Source: Parcubacteria group bacterium (GTDB lineage Bacteria > Patescibacteriota > JACQLU01). From it: a stretch of 44,831 bases of DNA. A program made the position numbers and the translations under genes. Of this stretch, positions 30,511 to 39,100 are shown piece by piece. The notes beneath the pieces are model-generated. The model searched no databases. It saw only the letters and a list, made by a program, of their open reading frames with translations, and was not told where the DNA came from. Within the stretch, counting starts at the first letter, position 1. Each line of letters starts with the position of its first letter. Location of the stretch: NCBI GenBank assembly GCA_016203935.1, contig JACQLU010000005.1, forward strand, positions 1 to 44,831, in the 5' to 3' direction.

Positions 30511-32937
30511 TCATTGGCTCGGTGCGATACCAAGCGCTTTTTCTTTCTCGGCAATCGCCATAAGCGTCTTTATCACCGCATCAGGATTAAGCGAGATGCT
30601 CTCGATCCCCTGCTCGACTAAGAAGGCGGCGAACTCGGGATAATCAGAAGGGGCTTGACCGCAGATGCCGATATATTTCCCGTGGGCTTTTGCCTTAGCA
30701 ATGATGGCAGCGATAAGTTCTTTGACCGCTGGATCGTTTTCGTTCGCGACGTGACTTACAATTCCCGAATCACGATCAAGGCCAAGCGTGAGCTGGGTAA
30801 GATCATTGGAACCAATCGACATACCATCAAAGAGCGAGAGAAACTCATCGGCTAAGAGAATATTAGAAGGAATCTCGCACATGACGTAGACTTTCATGGT
30901 GGGATCGTGAGCGCGACTTAATCCCTGCTCGGTCATAATTTCAAGGACTCTCCTTCCCTCCTCGGGAGTTCGACAGAAGGGTATCATGGGAATCACGTTA
31001 GTAAGCCCGAATTCCCGTCGTACTTTCTTAAGTGCCACGCATTCGAGTCCAAAGGCTTTACTAAACTTAGGGTCATAGTAGCGCGAGGCGCCGCGCCAGC
31101 CAAGCATCGGATTCTCCTCGACCGGCTCATAGAGTTCACCGCCGATGAGGGTCCGGTATTCATTGGTCTTGAAATCAGAAAAGCGGATGATCACCTCGTG
31201 GGGCCAAAAGGCGGCCCCAATCTTGGCAATCCCCTCGGCAAGTTCATCGACATAGAACGCAGTTTTATCCTCGTAGCCTTTGGTGAGTTCGGCAATTGTA
31301 GCGACGACTCCCCGTGCCGCCCGGTCGCTCGCAAGCTTCTTAAAATCAATGAGCGCATTGGGATGGATCTTGATATGCGAAGTGATGATAAACTCAAGCC
31401 GCCCTAACCCTACCCCTTTCACGGGAAGAAAATGATTCTTAAACGCCTCTTCCGGCGAGCCGATATTGACCATGAGATGAGTCTTGGTTTTGGGAATAGT
31501 ATCTAAATGATGCTCGATCATTTCGAAGGGAAGCTTCCCTTCGTACACGTATCCTATCTCGCCACTCGAACAATCGATGGTGACCACTTGGCCTTCTTTA
31601 AGCCGCTTGGTCGCCTCGCCAGTTCCCACGATGGCGGGGATGCCGAGTTCGCGCGAGACGATGGCGGCGTGGCTCGTCCGTCCTCCTTTATCGGTGACGA
31701 TCCCTTGAGCGATCTTCATGATCGGTTCCCAATCGGGATCGGTGATCTCGGTAACCAAAATCTCGCCCGATTTAAAATTGGCGATATTCCGTACCTCCCT
31801 AATGACTCTCACTATGCCGGTCGCAACCTTCGCGCCAATCGCGGCACCGGTGACGAGCACCTTTCCTTTCCCCTGCAACCGATACTCTTTATAGAGGTTC
31901 TTATCGGAGGTTGCGTGTACGGTTTCGGGCCGCGCCTGAACGATGAAGAGTTTTCCACTCTCCCCATCTTTTGCCCATTCAATATCCATCGGACTACGGC
32001 GGTTATGTTTCTTTGAAAAATACTCTTCAACCTCAACCCCCCACTTTGCCAAGGCGAGAATCTCGTCGTCGGAAAGTGAGAACGCTTCGCGGGCGCCTAG
32101 ATCAACCGGCACCACGCGGGTATGGACCCCCGCGTACACCATCTTAAGATCCTTCGTTCCCAAATCGCGCGCGATGATTGCAGGGTACCCTTGCTTAAGG
32201 GTTGGTTTAAAGACGACAAACTCATCCGGCGTCACTTTGCCTTGTACTACCATCTCACCGAGACCATACGAACTATTGATCACCACCACGTTATCAAAAC
32301 CGGTCTCGGTATCGAGGGTAAAAAGCACGCCGCTCGCCGCGAGATCCGAGCGCACCATCTTTTGAATGCCGACCGAAAGCGCCACATCAAAATGGGAAAA
32401 GCCTTTATCCACGCGGTACGAGATGGCGCGGTCGGTAAAAAGCGACGCAAAGGCTCTCTTGGTTGCGACCAGCACCGCCGGGATTCCCCGGACATTCAGG
32501 TAGGTCTCCTGCTGGCCCGCGAACGACGCGTCGGGAAGATCTTCGGCGGTCGCGGAGGAACGAACCGCGACGTCGGGACTATCGCCATACTCCTCGCCAA
32601 GCTTTTCGTAGGCGAGGCTCACCGCCGAGATGAGCTCTTGAGAAAAATTTGCTGAAAGAATAAGCTTGCGCACGATTCGCCCGCGGCGGGTAAGATCAAT
32701 AAGATTATGGGTATCAAGTCCTCTTAAGTTCTCTTTGATCTTAGTCTCAAGACCGGCCTCGCTAAGGAATGAACGATACGCATAACTGGTTACAGCAAAT
32801 CCATCGGGCACGTTGATCCCGCGCGAAGTGAGATTGCTATACATCTCACCGAGGGCAGCGTTTTTTCCTCCCACGAGCGGCACATCCTCAATGCCGAGTT
32901 CGTTAAACCAAAGAATGAGTGCGGTTGATCTATTCAT
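30511..32937 (-). CDS. ppsA: phosphoenolpyruvate synthase (pyruvate, water dikinase)
   Basis: N-terminal VPLVGGKNAALGEM, phosphohistidine motif GGRTSHAAIVSRELGIPAIVG, C-terminal SIGSNDLTQ. The start is placed at MNRSTALILWF (32937). Confidence 0.9.
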   Translation of the reverse strand: MNRSTALILWFNELGIEDVPLVGGKNAALGEMYSNLTSRGINVPDGFAVTSYAYRSFLSEAGLETKIKENLRGLDTHNLIDLTRRGRIVRKLILSANFSQELISAVSLAYEKLGEEYGDSPDVAVRSSATAEDLPDASFAGQQETYLNVRGIPAVLVATKRAFASLFTDRAISYRVDKGFSHFDVALSVGIQKMVRSDLAASGVLFTLDTETGFDNVVVINSSYGLGEMVVQGKVTPDEFVVFKPTLKQGYPAIIARDLGTKDLKMVYAGVHTRVVPVDLGAREAFSLSDDEILALAKWGVEVEEYFSKKHNRRSPMDIEWAKDGESGKLFIVQARPETVHATSDKNLYKEYRLQGKGKVLVTGAAIGAKVATGIVRVIREVRNIANFKSGEILVTEITDPDWEPIMKIAQGIVTDKGGRTSHAAIVSRELGIPAIVGTGEATKRLKEGQVVTIDCSSGEIGYVYEGKLPFEMIEHHLDTIPKTKTHLMVNIGSPEEAFKNHFLPVKGVGLGRLEFIITSHIKIHPNALIDFKKLASDRAARGVVATIAELTKGYEDKTAFYVDELAEGIAKIGAAFWPHEVIIRFSDFKTNEYRTLIGGELYEPVEENPMLGWRGASRYYDPKFSKAFGLECVALKKVRREFGLTNVIPMIPFCRTPEEGRRVLEIMTEQGLSRAHDPTMKVYVMCEIPSNILLADEFLSLFDGMSIGSNDLTQLTLGLDRDSGIVSHVANENDPAVKELIAAIIAKAKAHGKYIGICGQAPSDYPEFAAFLVEQGIESISLNPDAVIKTLMAIAEKEKALGIAPSQ

Positions 32938-32986
32938 AATCGATTCGCGTAAATTCGTCTTCTCATTCGTGTGGATTCGCGTACAC

Positions 32987-34294
32987 TTACGAGCGTTTGA
33001 GCGCGAGCGTAAGGTCAGCGACATTCGATCCGGTGGGTCCCGTGACGACCTGATCGTGGGTCTTCACAAAAAAGGAGAACGAGTCGCTTCGTGCAAGATA
33101 CTCGTCCATCATAAGACCCATGCGTGTAGCTTTCTTAAGCGTTATTGTATCACAGATGGCGCCGGCGGCTTCGCTATTGTCCCGACCGTCCGAGGCGAGC
33201 GCGAGCACCAATTCGTTATTCTGAACGAATCGCAATGCCGAGAGCGAAAGTTCTTGGTTGCGTCCGCCTTGACCCTCGCCTTTCACCGTGACGGTGGTCT
33301 CTCCTCCAAAGAGGAGCGCCATCGGTGCTGCGGCCGCGTGCAATTCTTGAGTAATATTTCTCCCCACTTCTTCGGCTTCACCGGTGAGACAGGCGGTGCA
33401 GACGAGCGGGATATAGCCCAGTGTCTTCGCGTGTTCGGCCATCGCGGTGAGGGCGACGGTATTCCCGGCCACCACGAGATTCGTCACCTTCGCAAAAAAC
33501 GTATCTTCCTTCGGTGTCTCGACCAGCTCTCCAAGCGAAAAACCGCATCGCTCCCACACCCGATACTTTTCGATGATCCTTTGCGCATCCGCGGTCGTGG
33601 TTGAATCCTTGACCGTCGGCCCTGAAGCAATGAACTCAAGGTCGTCACCGGGGACGTCGGAAAAGATGAGGGAAATCACACGTGCCGGATAGGCGTACTT
33701 GGCGAGGTTGCCTCCCCGCGCGAGCGAGAGGTGTTTTCTGACCGTGTTGATCTCTTGGATGGTCGCACCGGCCTTAAAGAGACATTCGACCACCGACGAC
33801 TCCTCCTGACAGGTAAAGTTATGCGGCTGACAAAGGAGCGTCGAACCCCCGCCAGAAATGATCATGATGACGACATCCTCCGCGGCAAGACCCGTGAGTA
33901 ACTCAATGATCGCGTGGGTAGCGTCGACGTTGCGTTGGGTGGGAAATGGATGATCACCTTGGTAGCTTTTAATACGGGTGAGCGCTCCCTCGTCGCGGCG
34001 GACGTCGACCACAATGCCCATCGCAATGTGATCGCCTAAGAGTGCCTCGAAGGCGATCGCCGCGTCGAGCGAGCATTTACCAATCCCCACCACAAAAATC
34101 CGCGCACCGATGGTGAGCGGAATCTTGTGGTTTTGGATATAGAGCATGTCCGAAGTTGCCTGCACCGTCCTCGCAATCACTTCTTTGGTATCAATGGCTT
34201 GTAGTCCCGCTTCGGCAATTTCAAGTGCCTCTCTCCGCATGGGCGAGAGGGCGAGCGCCTCTCCATTCTGAATTTTCGTAAATCCGTATTGCAC
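32987..34294 (-). CDS. glycerate 2-kinase (DUF4147/MOFRL family)
   Basis: VVGIGKCSLDAA, GDHPFPTQRN, ISGGGSTLL, GGETTVTVKGEGQGGRNQE, SDGRDNSEAAGAI, TGPTGSNVAD. The start is uncertain: GTG 34294, ATG 34240, or upstream ATG 34381 / TTG 34399, which would overlap the VOC gene. Confidence 0.8.
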   Translation of the reverse strand: MQYGFTKIQNGEALALSPMRREALEIAEAGLQAIDTKEVIARTVQATSDMLYIQNHKIPLTIGARIFVVGIGKCSLDAAIAFEALLGDHIAMGIVVDVRRDEGALTRIKSYQGDHPFPTQRNVDATHAIIELLTGLAAEDVVIMIISGGGSTLLCQPHNFTCQEESSVVECLFKAGATIQEINTVRKHLSLARGGNLAKYAYPARVISLIFSDVPGDDLEFIASGPTVKDSTTTADAQRIIEKYRVWERCGFSLGELVETPKEDTFFAKVTNLVVAGNTVALTAMAEHAKTLGYIPLVCTACLTGEAEEVGRNITQELHAAAAPMALLFGGETTVTVKGEGQGGRNQELSLSALRFVQNNELVLALASDGRDNSEAAGAICDTITLKKATRMGLMMDEYLARSDSFSFFVKTHDQVVTGPTGSNVADLTLALKRS

Positions 34295-34322
34295 AGGGTC
34301 AAGGTTAGAATTGGTGTTGGAT

Positions 34323-34697
34323 TTAATTCCTGTCTTCCCACAGCCCAATGACGTTTCCTTCACTATCGGTGACACGCGCATAGAAACCCATCTCACCAAC
34401 CGCGATTTTTGGCGTCACCAGCCTGCCGCCCGCGGCCTCTACGGACTTGATATACTGATCAACCGATGGAATATTGATCACCAGCACCGGATTGGGTGCT
34501 TTTTCGGACCGCCTATAGAAACCGCCGTTTATCGCACCGGGTTCCTTCGGCATCATCCGGTCGTCAACCGGCACCGTGGTAGCCATGAAGTACTCTTTAT
34601 CCCACGCATTCACTTGCCAGCCAAAGACCTTCTCGTAGAATGACTTAGCGCGCGCCATATCGTCGGCGGGGATCTCGAAATGGACGACTTTGTTCAT
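34323..34697 (-). CDS. VOC (glyoxalase/bleomycin-resistance fold) family protein
   Basis: 124 aa. The N-terminus VVHFEIPADDMARAKSFYEKVFGWQV is typical of the family. Confidence 0.8.
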   Translation of the reverse strand: MNKVVHFEIPADDMARAKSFYEKVFGWQVNAWDKEYFMATTVPVDDRMMPKEPGAINGGFYRRSEKAPNPVLVINIPSVDQYIKSVEAAGGRLVTPKIAVGEMGFYARVTDSEGNVIGLWEDRN

Positions 34698-35029
34698 AAA
34701 GAAAGATAGATTAAGAAAGGATGACGATGAACGAATGAAGGATCATGAGGGCGGTGGGTAACGTACGATGCTACTATAGCATCTTCCTCGCCGCTTGTGA
34801 GCGATTCTCTTGCTCTCTCTCTGTACAAACGACGAGATATTTGGTAGAGTAGAAGCGCCTTTGTTTGCATCGTTAAATAACGCGGTAGCTACCGCGCTTA
34901 ACCCTGAGCGAATCCCGAGTTTTTCGAGGGATGAGTCGAAGGGGAAAAGGTGCGTGGTCGAAACGAGGAAAAATCTTATATGTAAGTGCGTAGTACGTAA
35001 GCGACTCGCACCTAATTAATTCTAATAGT

Positions 35030-35329
35030 ATGGCAAAGAAATTATACGTGGGAAGTCTTCCCTACGAGACGACCGGAGATCAGCTACGCGACCTTTTCGC
35101 CCAAGCTGGCCAGGTAGCGTCGGCGCAAGTGATTAGCGACAAATTTTCTGGTCGAAGCAAAGGATTTGGCTTCGTCGAGATGTCAACCGACGAGGAAGCT
35201 CAAAAAGCGATTGATATGTTTAATGGGAAGGAGATGGGCGGACGGACCATTGTCGTGAACGAAGCTCGTCCCATGACCGAACGAAAGCCGCGTGGCGACT
35301 TCGGCGGCGGACGAAGGGATAGGTACTAA
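35030..35329 (+). CDS. RRM-type RNA-binding protein with Gly/Arg tail
   Basis: RNP-2 KLYVGSL and RNP-1 KGFGFVEM. C-terminal RGDFGGGRRDRY. Confidence 0.85.
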   Translation: MAKKLYVGSLPYETTGDQLRDLFAQAGQVASAQVISDKFSGRSKGFGFVEMSTDEEAQKAIDMFNGKEMGGRTIVVNEARPMTERKPRGDFGGGRRDRY

Positions 35330-35351
35330 TCGTTATCGAGACATCGCTCAC

Positions 35352-35380
35352 AAAACCCACCGCAAGGTGGGTTTTGTTTA
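35352..35380 (+). terminator. rho-independent terminator of the RRM gene
   Basis: AAAACCCACC-GCAA-GGTGGGTTTT followed by GTTTAATATTTT. Confidence 0.8.
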
Positions 35381-35396
35381 ATATTTTATTGTACTT

Positions 35397-35479
35397 GTCA
35401 TTCCTGCGAAAGCAGGAATCCAGAAACCAAATCAAGAGTAAGAAAACGATCCTGGATTCCAAATTAAATCTGGAATGAC
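35397..35479. repeat. nested palindromic intergenic element (GTCATTCCTGCGAAAGCAGGAATCC family)
   Basis: Outer GTCATTCC ... GGAATGAC. Inner GGAATCCAG ... CTGGATTCC. Local hairpin TTCCTGC-GAAA-GCAGGAA. Confidence 0.6.
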
Positions 35480-35489
35480 AATCTGCATC

Positions 35490-36047
35490 TTACCTCGAAT
35501 AGTGACCGACGATTTCTCCTTGATCAAGAATACGTTCTTCTATGGCCTTTTCGAGTTCGTTACGGCTTGCGCCTGGGGCGAGATCGAGCATGGTATCGAG
35601 GGCGAAGATTTTGAAGAAGTAGCGATGGGTGCCGGAGGGCGGGCAGGGACCGCCGTAGCCGGGTTTACCAAAACTGGTTGTGCCCTCGCCCGCCCCCACT
35701 GGTACGCTCCCTTCCTCGATCTCGCTGACCATAGGATTAATATTCCAGACTGTCCAGTGAGTCCAGGTGCCGGCCGGTGCATCAGGATCATCCATGATGA
35801 GTACGAGACTCTTTGCTTCGTCGGGTATGCCAGCAATCGCAAGCGGCGGACTTACATTTTCTCCGTCGCAGGTGTACTTGGGAGGGATGGCACCGTTATG
35901 AGAAAACGCCGAGCTGGTAACTTGAATCATATGAGGAACGGTTAAAGGTGTCGGCACCATCGCTTTTTTGGGCGCACGCAAGAAGAGAATGGTAGCCGCT
36001 ACTACGATCACTATAACGATTAAAACGATAGTAACAGACTGTTTCAT
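35490..36047 (-). CDS. YbhB/YbcL (PEBP / Raf-kinase-inhibitor-like) family protein with N-terminal membrane anchor
   Basis: YTCDGENVSPPL, MDDPDAP.GTW.HW and GYGGPCPPSGTHRYFFKIFALD motifs. N-terminal TM VTIVLIVIVIVVAATILF. Confidence 0.8.
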   Translation of the reverse strand: MKQSVTIVLIVIVIVVAATILFLRAPKKAMVPTPLTVPHMIQVTSSAFSHNGAIPPKYTCDGENVSPPLAIAGIPDEAKSLVLIMDDPDAPAGTWTHWTVWNINPMVSEIEEGSVPVGAGEGTTSFGKPGYGGPCPPSGTHRYFFKIFALDTMLDLAPGASRNELEKAIEERILDQGEIVGHYSR

Positions 36048-36081
36048 ATTGATATCCCTTCGTTACGAACCCTAGTCATAC

Positions 36082-36087
36082 TATAAT
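36082..36087 (+). promoter_or_regulatory. candidate -10 box upstream of the giant ORF
   Basis: Perfect TATAAT 41 nt before the ATG at 36128. The -35 is only weak (TTCGTT at 17 nt). No clear SD at the ATG. Confidence 0.3.
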
Positions 36088-36127
36088 ACAATTACAAGCC
36101 CGAGGGAATGATTCTCTTGAAACTTTT

Positions 36128-39100
36128 ATGCCCGAAAAAGATACAGGAGCGAACACTCCAGAGAAAGATCTTAACAAGCGGGAACAGAAGGGGAAGGTTG
36201 AACACAGCAGCGAATCTCCCGTGGAAAGGACTCAGGAAAGAGCGCGCCTCTCCCCAGAACAACTCCTTACACAAGAACTCGGAGAACTTTCTCGTTCTAC
36301 CGAGTTGATTCTGTCTATAGTACGTCATCGTCCACCAGAAGAAGGACCTCATGCGCTCCCTTCAGAAGAGGACGTCTCTCGTCCGCCCCCCTGGCACACA
36401 ATCGAGCAAGCAAAAGAAACATTGCGACAAGAAGCAGAGACTCTTGATACCATTTGGGATCAATTACTAGAGGGGGCTGTAGGGGCATTACTCAAAGAAC
36501 TGGAAAGTTTTGAGCTTCGGTCACTTCATGACATCGAAAGGATGAACACGCTCCTTGAGAACATACGATCGGTAATAAGAAACGCCGAGGAAGTCCTTGC
36601 GAACCACGAAGCCACACAGCAACGCGCCGATTCACTCTACCAACGTTATCAGCGAGAGCGCCTACATGATGCGGGCTTTACATCGACCGACGAACTACGC
36701 AACGCATTGGATGCAAAACTAGACGAAGCCATTCAGCTCGATCGGTCATGGATTCGCAAACTATTCCCTTCACACAAAAAAAAGCTTACTGAAGCCGAAA
36801 CGCAAGCCCAGCGACTGCAAACCCTTACGTTCCTTATGACTCCATCGACCATATCGACTGAGGTCAAGAGCGCACATGGAAGATCAGAACTCGAAGAATT
36901 TGAATCACGTCTCGCTGAGATAATGGCTAAGAGAGTGGCCCGTTTCTATGAAGAGCGTCTTTCGGCAGTGAAAGAACAGCTTTCCCAAGAGCCGACCACT
37001 CTTGATGATGAAACCATTGATCGCCTCAATGATGATTTCCTTGCTCGCTTTGTAACTCCCTTGCTTGAACAATCGTCAACACGATTTAAGCCGGAAACCA
37101 TCGCGCGCGGGTTTGCGGTGCTTAAAAGATCTTTCCATCTGGGGAGATATCCTATGCGGTATGATCCTGCGGAGGTTCGACTTCATCAAGACACGAAACA
37201 AGAATACGAACAGTTACCGGAACGCCTCCAATGGTTGCTTAATGCCTTTACAATCCAACGGGAGGGATCCGGCGATGAACGATTTGAAAAGTACGCCGAG
37301 TTCGTCGCGCGCGCGCCGTGGTATACGGCGCGTGAGAAACTTTCTTCAGCCTACCTCGCATTCATACAAGCGACCGCTGACATCGGACGTGGCGCCTACA
37401 CCCTTGGCGCGACGGACATGGCCAGTAAGGCCATAGAAATAAAGAGGATGGTCGATCGGATGATTGGCCAATTCGACGAACGGCGCTGGATAGCGTTTCG
37501 CGATAATGATGGGATCCGTGAACAATTCGGCGAGAGCGCCTTAAGCTCAGCCGAACAACTCTTAAGACGAGAGGTAGCGGATCGTCTCATCCGCGAGACG
37601 CGAGAACGAGGAGAAGACGTCAAACTTGGATTTATACTCTCTTCGCTCCGCGATGCGGCGACCCTACCGATCGTTCTTCTCAATTCCTATCGAGCGCGCG
37701 ACCATTCCGGGGATAATCCCTTTCTCTCGGACATCCACCCTTCTACAGAGACGAATCTTTTTCAAACCATAGACGGATTGTCCGCCGCGGAGCTTTCCGC
37801 CCTTGAGAGAAAAGAGGTCCCGGGGCTCATGGAATTGATCAGGCTCATCAAGGAGAATCCCGAAACCTTCCGCGATCACGCACATACCAATGAAGTGACG
37901 GGCAAACAGGAAGAGAATCCTATCTATAAAAAAATTCATAGAGAACTTGGCGCGCTTGCGCTCCATTTCTTTCGGCGTGGCGATGAGAAGATGCGCCGAT
38001 ACCTTCTTACCCTCTTCTATCGAATGGATGCGGACCTAGAGGGTGAAATATGTACCGCTATCAAAGATTCGATGCATGATACCAACGACTCTGAATACCA
38101 TAAGCTCGCCCTCGCCATCTTCGAAAACCAGATACTCCATCGCTTCAATGATAACGCCATCTCGCCCTATCGCGAGATACTCCGCGATACCGATGATGTG
38201 GTGGTATTCGAGCAGACGCTCGAAGGTCTTGCCAAAACAATCCAAGACGTTTCGATGCGGAAACGCGACCCTGAGTATCCGAGAGAGTGGAGACTCCGAT
38301 TGGAAAGCTTCATGGACTCCTTGCGCGATGCGCTGGAAGCAGGGATCGACAAAATCCTCCGCCTCGCTTCCGTAAAAGGGATGCTCCATCTCCTCGAAGG
38401 ATACACCGCCTTGGGCGTCGATACTCCCAAATTTCGCGCCTTCCTCGCCTCGGATCTCCTTAAGGAGCGCGTCGCCGAGATGATACAATCGCATCCCCAC
38501 GAAACACCAGAGATCCTTGCCCGCCGTTTCATGGAGTTGAACGATCAGGAAGCGCTTGCGCGCCTGTTCGAAGGATTCTCCTCGCTAGACCAACCTGATG
38601 CACGCGGAGCTGCCAGCGGATCGCTTACCGAAATCCTCACGGAGCACAAAATCCGGGGGGTCGACAATACAGGCAACATAGTGAAATACGAAACCCTTCG
38701 TGACACCCTTGCCGCCCAGCTTGGATCGAAGAATCTGCCACTCGCGCGTCACATCGCTCAAATCTTTGTAAAAACAATAGATGAGATGCACAAAGCCTTC
38801 TCTCTGCGAAAATCTGTATTAGAACAGGAGTGGCGTTCTCCGTATGAGGCTGATACCGCTACCCTCATTGTAAAAGCCGGAGAGAAAGCTCTCGCAGAGA
38901 GTGACCCCATTCTGCGCTACCAAGGATGCATGATGGTCGCTCGATTGGAACCGCCGCCTATGGGGTATCACCATGCGCTCGTCTCTCTGGCCGGCGACCT
39001 CGAAACGATCACGGCGTATGAGAAAGGAAGCGCTGAAAAACTGGCAATGTGCATAGCGGAGGTGGCATCAACACTCGAAGACGATGATATCCGTTACGTA

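Noticed and set aside
36108-36308. 66-aa ORF starting at a GAGGGA-proximal ATG, overlapping the start of the giant ORF in another frame.
   Set aside because: It is basic and low-complexity (RKILTSGNRRGRLNTAANLPWKGLRKERASPQNNS). The overlapping 1,837-aa frame is clearly the coding one. It does show that the true start or RBS of the giant ORF is not settled.
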